Below are positions 56,845 through 64,000 of a DNA stretch of 64,000 nucleotides, piece by piece. Location of the stretch: assembly GCA_030390025.1 (NCBI GenBank), contig CM059438.1, forward strand, positions 64,110,001 to 64,174,000, read 5' to 3'. A program made the position numbers and the translations under genes. Below the pieces are notes generated by a model, which saw nothing but the letters and a program-made list of their open reading frames with translations, was not told the origin of the DNA and ran no database searches. Each line of letters begins with the position of its first letter. Within the stretch, counting starts at the first letter, position 1. The DNA is from Squalus acanthias (lineage: Eukaryota).

Positions 56845-59533
56845 TACCTTGTTCATCTTCATTGCTTTTAGTTTCCCTTCTTGTGTTTGATCAGGTATCT
56901 GCCAAGACTCGGTTTCACAGCCACATCTCTTTCCTCAGCAACTGTCTCCGGTTCCGACTTATTCCACGTGGATTCCAACTGAACTTCCACCCTTTGTGTT
57001 TCGGATCCGCCCAGGATTACAAGTATCTCCAAGATATTCAGCGTTCCTCGAACTACTGCTCTCGCCGCATCCTGAGATCCACGCTCAACGCCATGCGCCG
57101 CCACATGAACACTCTCGACCTCTCTCTTCAGCAGCACCAACGCATTATTTCTCAAAGCTGTCCGGGTCCACAGTTTCATTTCATCCTTCGACTCATCCGA
57201 TGCTTCAACAAAAAACTTTTTTTCTTCCTTTCTGATGTCAAGGATCACAAGCTTCATCAACTCTTGGACACCAACGCCCCTCTGGAACCTTCTTCCCCTT
57301 CACTTTCCTCTGACCCCATCCCTTCTTCCAATCTCACCCCCTGCCGTGTTTTCACTAAACCCTCTGACCTTCCCCTCTCTGACCCCGAATGATCAGTCCT
57401 CAGCAAAGGCCTGAGCTTCATCCCCTTACGGCCCCATCTCAATGAATTTCAAGCTCGGCACAACGCTGAGCTCTTTTTCCATCGCCTTCATCTTTGGCCA
57501 GGAGTCTTCCCCCCGTACAGCGGTCCCTTTCTCCCGCTTTCAGAATTCTCATTTTACCTGGACCCCTCCCTCTGGCCTCTTACCCTCTCTAGATCTTTTC
57601 ATTGCTAACTGTCGGCGTGACATCGGCCATCTCAATTTCACTGCTCCCCTCTTTCACTCCCTCTGAACTTGCAGAACTCCGTTCTCTCCGATCCAACCCA
57701 AACATTATCATTAAACCTGCTGATATGGGCGGTGCTGTTGTTGTTTGGTGAACAGACCTCTACCGTGCGGAAGCTGAACACCAACTCTCTGACACCTCCT
57801 CCTACCTCTGCCTGGACCATGACCCCACTAGCAACCATCAAGCCATCCTTTCCAAGACTGTCACTGACCTCATCTCCTCTGGAGATCTTCCCTCTATGGC
57901 CGCCAACCTCATAGTCCCCCAACCACGCACAGCCCGCTTCTACCTCCTTCCCAAGATCCACAAACAGGACTGCCCTGGTAGACACATCGTTTCAGCCTGT
58001 TCTTGCCCCACGGAACTTATCTCTTCCTATCTCGACTCTATTTTTTTCTCCCCTTGTCCAGTCTCTTCCCACATACATTCGCAACTCTTCCGATGCCCTC
58101 CGCCACTTTAACAGTTTTCAGCTTCCTGGCCCCAACCGTCTCCTTTTCACAATGGATGTCCAATCCCTCTACACCTCCATCCCCCACCAGGACGGCCTGA
58201 GGGCGCTCCGCTTCTTCCTTGAACAGAGGCCCAACCAGTCCCCATCCACCACCACCCTCCTCCGCCTGGCTGAACTTGTTCTCACGTTGAACAACTTCTC
58301 CTCTGACTCCACTCACTTCCTCCAAATTAAAGGTGTTGCTATGGGAACCCGCATGGGCCCTAGCTATGCCTGCCTTTTATGGGATATGTGGAACATTCTT
58401 TGTTCCAGTCCTACTCAGGTCCCCTCCCTCACCTCTTTTTCCGGTACATCGATGACTGTATCAGTGCCGTTTCCTGCTCTTGCCCTGAACTAGAAAAGTT
58501 CATTCACTTTACTTCCAATTTCCACCTTTCCCTCACCTTCACATGGTCCATCTCCGACTCTTCTCTTCCCTTCCTTGACTTCTCTGTCTCCATTTCTGGC
58601 GATCCGCTATCGACAAACATGCCCTACAATCCCACTGACTCCCACAGCTACCTGGACTACACTTCCTCCCACCCTGCTTCCTGTAAGGACTCTATTCCAT
58701 TCTCCCAGTTTCTCCATCTCCACCGCATCTGTTCTGATGATGCCATCTTCCATACCAGTGCTTCCGACATGTCTTCCTTTTTCCTCAACCGAGGATTCCC
58801 CTCTACTGTGGTTGACACAGCCCTTGACCGTGTCTGTTCCATTTCCCGCACTTCTGCTCTCACCCCTTCCCCTCCCTCCCAGAACCACGATAGGGTTCAT
58901 CTTGTCCTCACCTTTCACCGCACCAGCCTCCACATTCAACGGATCATCCTCCGCCATTTCCGCCACCTCCAACGTGATCCTACCACCAAACGCATCTTCC
59001 CCTCACCTCCCCTTTCAGCATTCCGAAGGGACTGCTCCCTCCGCGACACCCTGGTCCACTCCTCAATCATCCCTAACAGCCCTTCCCCTTCGCCTGGCAC
59101 CTTCCCGTGCAAGCGCAGGAGATGCAACACTTGCCCTTTTACCTCCTCCCTTCCCACTGTCCAGGGCCCCAAACACACCTTCCAGGTGAAACAGCGATTT
59201 ACTTGTACTTCTTACAATTTAGTATACTGTATTCGCTGCTCACGATGCGGTCTCCTCTACATTGAGGAGACCAAACGCAGATTGGGCGACCGCTTTGCAG
59301 AACACCTCCGTTCAGTCTGTGAGGTTGACCCTGAGCTTCCGGTCACCTGTCACTTTAATTCTCCGCTTCACTCCCACTCTGATCTCACCGTCCTTGGCCT
59401 CTTACATTGTTCCAATGAAGCTCAACGTAAGCTCAAGGAACAGCACCTCATCTTCCGATTAAGCACTTTACAGCCTTCTGGACTCAAGATTGAGTTCAAC
59501 AATTTCAAACTATAACCCCTGCTCCCATTTTTC
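56845..59533 (+). mobile_element. Penelope-like element (Neptune-type), near-complete but frameshifted ORF: RT + Cys-rich linker + GIY-YIG endonuclease
   Basis: HISFLSNCLRFRLIPRGF; ARFYLLPKIHK; MDVQSLYTSI; KGVAMGTRMGPSYA; FRYIDD; LPFLDF; CKRRRCNTC; NLVYCIRCSRCGLLYIEETKRRLGDRFAEH. Confidence 0.93.
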
Positions 59534-59547
59534 ATGCTGTATGATTT

Positions 59548-60933
59548 TGCGGTGGGGAAAATGCTAGAGTCCACTATAAAAGATGTAATAGCAGACCACT
59601 TGGAAAACAGTGACAGGATCGGACAAAGTCAACATGGATTTACAAAAGGTAAATCATGCTTGACTAATCTACTGGAATTTTTTGAGGATGTAACTGGCAG
59701 AATAGATAAGGGAGAACCAGTGGATGTGGTGTATTTGGACTTTCAGAAGGCTTTCGATAAGGTCCCGCATAAGAGATTAGCGTGCAAAGTTAAAGCACAT
59801 AGGATTGGGGGTGAGGTACTGACTTGGATAGAGAACTGGTTGGCAGACAGGAAGCAAAGAGTTGGAATAAACGGGTCTTTTTCCGAGTGGCAGGCAGTGA
59901 CTAGTGGGGTACCGCAGGCATTGGTGCTAGGACCCTAACTATTCACAATATATATAAATTATCTAGACGAGGGAACTAGATGTAATATCTCCAAGTTTGC
60001 AGACGACACAAAGCTGGGTGGGCGTGTGTGCTGTGAGGAGAATGCAGACAAACTCCAGTATGATTTGGACAGGTTGGGTGATTGGGCAGATGCATGGCAA
60101 ATGCAGTATAATGTGGATAAATGCGAGGTTATCCACTTTGGTGGCAACAACAGGAAGACAGATTATTATCTGAATGGCAATAGATTGGGAAAAGGGGAAG
60201 TGCAACGAGACCTGGGTGTCCTTGTGCACCAGTTGCTGAAGGTAAGCATGCAGGTGCAGCAGGCGGTTAAGAAGGCAAATGGTATGTTGGCCTTCATAGC
60301 GAGAGGATTTGAGTACAGGAGCAAGGATGTCTTGCTGCAGTTGTACAGGGCCTTGGTGAGACCACACCTTGAGTATTGTGTGCAGTTTTGGTCACCTTAT
60401 CTGAGGAAGGATGTTCTTGCCATGGAGAGAGTACAGCGAAGATTCACCAGACTGATATCTGGGATGGCAGGAATGACGTATGAGGAGAGATTGGGTCGAT
60501 TAGGCTTATATTCGCTAGAGTTTAGAAGAATGAGAGGGGATCTCATTGAAACTTATAAAATTCTAACAGGACTAGGCAGACTAGCAGCAGGAAGGATGTT
60601 CCCGATGGCGGGGGAGTCCAGAACCAGGGGTCACAGTCTAAGGATAAGGGGTAAGCCATTTAGGACTGAGATGAGGAGGAATTTCTTCACCCAGAGAGTG
60701 GTGAACCTGTGGAATTCTCTACCACAGAAGGCAGTTGAGGCCAATTCATTAAATATATTCAAGAAGGAATTAGATATATTTCTTAAAGCTAAAGGGATCA
60801 AGGGATATGGGGAGAAAGCAGGGACAGGGTACTGAATTTGGATGATCAGCCATGATCTCATTAAATGGCGGAACAGGCTTGAGGAGCCGAATGGCCTACT
60901 CCTGCTCCTATCTTCTATGTTTCTATGTTTCTT
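59548..60933 (+). mobile_element. CR1 3' fragment (RT)
   Basis: ORFs 59534-59938 and 60026-60835 with RT motifs; TTCTATGT tail. Confidence 0.94.
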
Positions 60934-61247
60934 AAAATAAACTTACCTTTTTTAAAAGTATTGTTAAATTATAAATGAGTGAAAACAATTTTCAAAACTT
61001 TTTTTCAACTCTTACGCCTACTTTTACCAGGCGTAAGATTTCTAAGGGTTTGCTGCGGGCGGAGGTTCTCCACCCGCAGAGGGCCCTTCTCCAGGGCAGG
61101 CGTCCGATCTGTCAAGAGCATTCTTGACAGATCGGAAATACCAGTTTTCAGCGCATGCGCTTCGTATGCCTGAAACCGGCATTTCCGATGTCCCTACGGG
61201 TGTGTACACAGCTCGTTCACACCCGTAGGCATCGGAATATACGGCCC
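60934..61247. mobile_element. Right arm of a foldback MITE related to 10062-11398
   Basis: Shares AAAATAAACTTACCTTT, TCTTACGCCT, GTTTTCAGCGCATGCGC with 11055-11398; ends AATATACGGCCC. Confidence 0.7.
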
Positions 61248-61377
61248 AATATCTTACAACCAATCTAAGCCGCACTGATAAATAACCTGACCTGGACTGC
61301 CGGAGAATTTGAAACTTTCAGTGTGAGGAATGTATGTTAAAAATAGATTCATGAAGTCCAATCTGTCTTTCTTAAAA

Positions 61378-61672
61378 TTCGTTCTTGGTATATGGGCGTC
61401 ACTGGCGAGGCCAGCATTTATTGCCCATCCCTAGTTGCCCTTGAGAAGGTGGTGGTGAGCCGCCTTCTTGAACCACTGCAGTCCATAGAGTGAAGGTACT
61501 CCCACAATGCTGTTAGGTAGGGAGTTCCAAGATTTTGACCCAGCAACGATGAAGGATCAGTGATATATTTCCAAGTCGGGATAGTGCGTGACTTGGACGG
61601 GAGGTTGGAGGTGATGGTGTTCCCATGCACCTGCTGTCTTCGTCCTTCTAGGTGGTAGAGGTCGCGGGTTTG
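61378..61672 (-). mobile_element. 3' end of the second CR1/L2-group LINE family
   Basis: Colinear with 25045-25322. Confidence 0.82.
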
Positions 61673-63371
61673 ATCTTGACATTGCCTAGCTACCTATATG
61701 AGATACATATTTTCCCCTAACATTACATGGGGTCAGTGGGTCCATCCTGATGGGATTTATTCCGACCCCGACGGACATTCCTGGATATGCAGCTGTGCTG
61801 AATAGAACAGAGGCACAGGAGTAGGCCATTCAGCCCCTCGAGCCTGTTCCGCCAATTAGATCATGGCTGAAAATGCAAGTTAGCCCCATAAGCCAGTTAC
61901 TCCCAATGCAAAGTTTAATTTCATTGTGTCTCTTTGAAGCAGAATTGTAATAAACATGAAAATGATTAGGCTAAAAAAAATAGCAAAAACTAATATAAAA
62001 AAAATTGGAAATAATAAATTACATTACACTAGAGGACATACAATGTCGAAATAGGCATTTGCGTTTCAAATGTTTTTTTCTATATTTACAAGGAAAGTCT
62101 GCTTTACAAGATCTGTGCTGAACTTTGAGATATGATGTCTCTTTTTATAAGCACTAACACCATCACCAACATTATCCTCAGAAGCCGAAAGCAATTAGAT
62201 TGCATTCTTCAGAAGCTTCTTTGAAATGATTTCTGAGCCGCCGGTAGGAGTGATTAGTATTTATTGTATTTATGTTCTATTCCCAGCCGAGCACATCTCC
62301 AGGCAAACATTTTATTATGAAAATGATAATAAAGCCTGCTTGTTCTAAAGTCTCCATTCACTTGGGCGAAAGTGGCCAGAAATTGGATTTTGGTTGATGA
62401 ATATGCAGTTTTCTTTGAGTAATGCATACTTTACGTTTGTGTGGGTACGGTATAAACAAAAAAGCTATTTACTTGTGACCTTCCTCAGCGATAGACTTTG
62501 CAGCGAAAAAAGCTTTTTGCTGTAAGTATTTTTCCCTCCATTACACTAATGTGTTGGGCATCTGTCAATTATTCTCAAGTGCTCCATAATGTCACTAATG
62601 TACTTTACCACACAGTTGAGTTGCAGATGGAGTGCGCAGGAGAATATGCTACATTTAGTCCTGAGTTTAATGAAGGGAAGGGTTGAAAGGCTAGCTTTTC
62701 AGTTGATGAATCTTTTTTTTTCTCTCCTCTCGCACAGCCTGGCTTCATTTTCTTTTCATTTTGCAAAACGAAATGATGGAAATTATTTCAACAGAATCGC
62801 TCTGGAGTTCAACCGTGCACATCATGTGCAGTGCCCTTAAGGTGTCTTTTTACTCGTGGGTATTCTCTGCAGCATTTTCTGAAGGTCAACTTTCTTCAGG
62901 ACACTTCAATCCACTGCCTTGGCTGACTTCCTTTGCAAGCCAACACCATCAAGTGGAGCACTGCTAGGATAGGACCGTCCGAAAAATGTCGCCCTTCGTC
63001 ATCAGTGAATATGGGAGGATCTCTGAAAGGTGAAGGATGCCGGGCCTCAATTGCTTTGGCTAAAGGTTTTGAGGTGAGATTGTGAGAGGGAAAGCAAATT
63101 AAAATGAGGAAATTAGGAGTAGGAATGTAATCAGGTGAATCGCTTGACTCCAAAGGTACCAGGCTGCAGATGAAAGGTCCCTGAAGTGGACAGTCAATGG
63201 ATTCTGGAAGCAATTTAAGTTTCTGAAGAAAAAAAGTATTAAAAAATATCTTGGAATGGTGGAGGGTTAATCAAGGAAAAAGAGATGGACTTATTGGGTC
63301 TAATGACTTTTTCTGTTCACATTCCTAATGTTCTTATAATAACTTAAAAGTGTCATACCTATGTACACTCT

Positions 63372-64000
63372 GGGCTGGATTTTACCAGCCCTGAGGAGGT
63401 GGGTCTGGAGGCGGGACTGCTGGGAAAGTCAAAAAGAATGGGAGTGGGTCCCGAACCCGCTCCCAACCCGCCTCCAACCAATCTTCCTGGGAGTCGGGTC
63501 CCCGATTTGTGCAGGGAACCGACTCCTAGCGGCGTGAAGAGGATTATAGCCACTTAACTGCCTGTTAACAGGTAGTTAACAGTCTTTTCCCAATTTTTCG
63601 ACTGCTGCTGCGGGCTTCCCGATATTGGGGAACCCCGCCAGGGTAAGTGAGGCGTGCTGTGGGTCTGTTGTTATGTTGGTGTACAGATGGCAGCTGCAGA
63701 AGTGATGTGAAGGATGCAATGGGACAATGGTTAGTATCAGAGGTAAGGAAATCTTGTGAAAGTAATTTTTAATGTGGTTAGATGTTTCTGCAGGTGACAA
63801 GCTGTGAAGTGTTTGTGTAGCCTCATCTCATCGGGAGAAGTGACAGATGGCTTCTGCAATCTCAGCTGCAGCTGCCATCTGTTTTATCCTAAGGAGAGAG
63901 TAATTGGAGAGCCTCGGTTCAAGGGCTCACCTGTGTACAGTGATTGTCAGTGTTTGACAGCACCTCAATGCTGTCAAAAACTGACAATTCATCTGTCAAA
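63372..64000. mobile_element. Left part of a Harbinger-type element running off the window
   Basis: Starts GGGCTGGATTTT (same TIR as 4673) with GGAGGCGGG / GAACCCGC subterminal motifs like 33634; right end not seen. Confidence 0.55.

Noticed and set aside
15384..60861. Numerous 60-200 aa ORFs antisense or off-frame to LINE and Penelope coding regions
   Set aside because: Shadow frames of retroelement ORFs, recurring with the same peptides in each repeat copy.

Overview
Repeat-dominated vertebrate DNA, most likely from a cartilaginous fish (inferred from the repeat content: CR1 and L2 LINEs, Deu-domain tRNA SINEs, RTE, Neptune-type Penelope elements, PIF/Harbinger transposons and many 3-bp-TSD MITEs). 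I cannot confidently identify any host protein-coding gene; nearly all long ORFs are transposon fragments or their antisense shadows. The most interesting structure, not visible in the ORF track, is a pair of related, unusually long (about 1.7 and 1.9 kb net) TG...CA solo LTRs with exact 4-bp target-site duplications (44588-47027 and 47441-51944). They share an ordered set of motifs: a covarying GTTCGAAT (tRNA T-loop-like) hairpin whose flank pairs with the LTR terminus, a minus-strand AATAAA and a minus-strand splice donor. Other notable items are two Harbinger elements with transposase and spliced Myb/SANT genes (one rearranged, one Myb-only), a 1.3-kb foldback element with perfect internal hairpins, a decayed Penelope hammerhead ribozyme, and a young CR1 with an intact 786-codon ORF and a doubled 3' end. 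All coordinates were read by eye; boundaries without TSDs are approximate.
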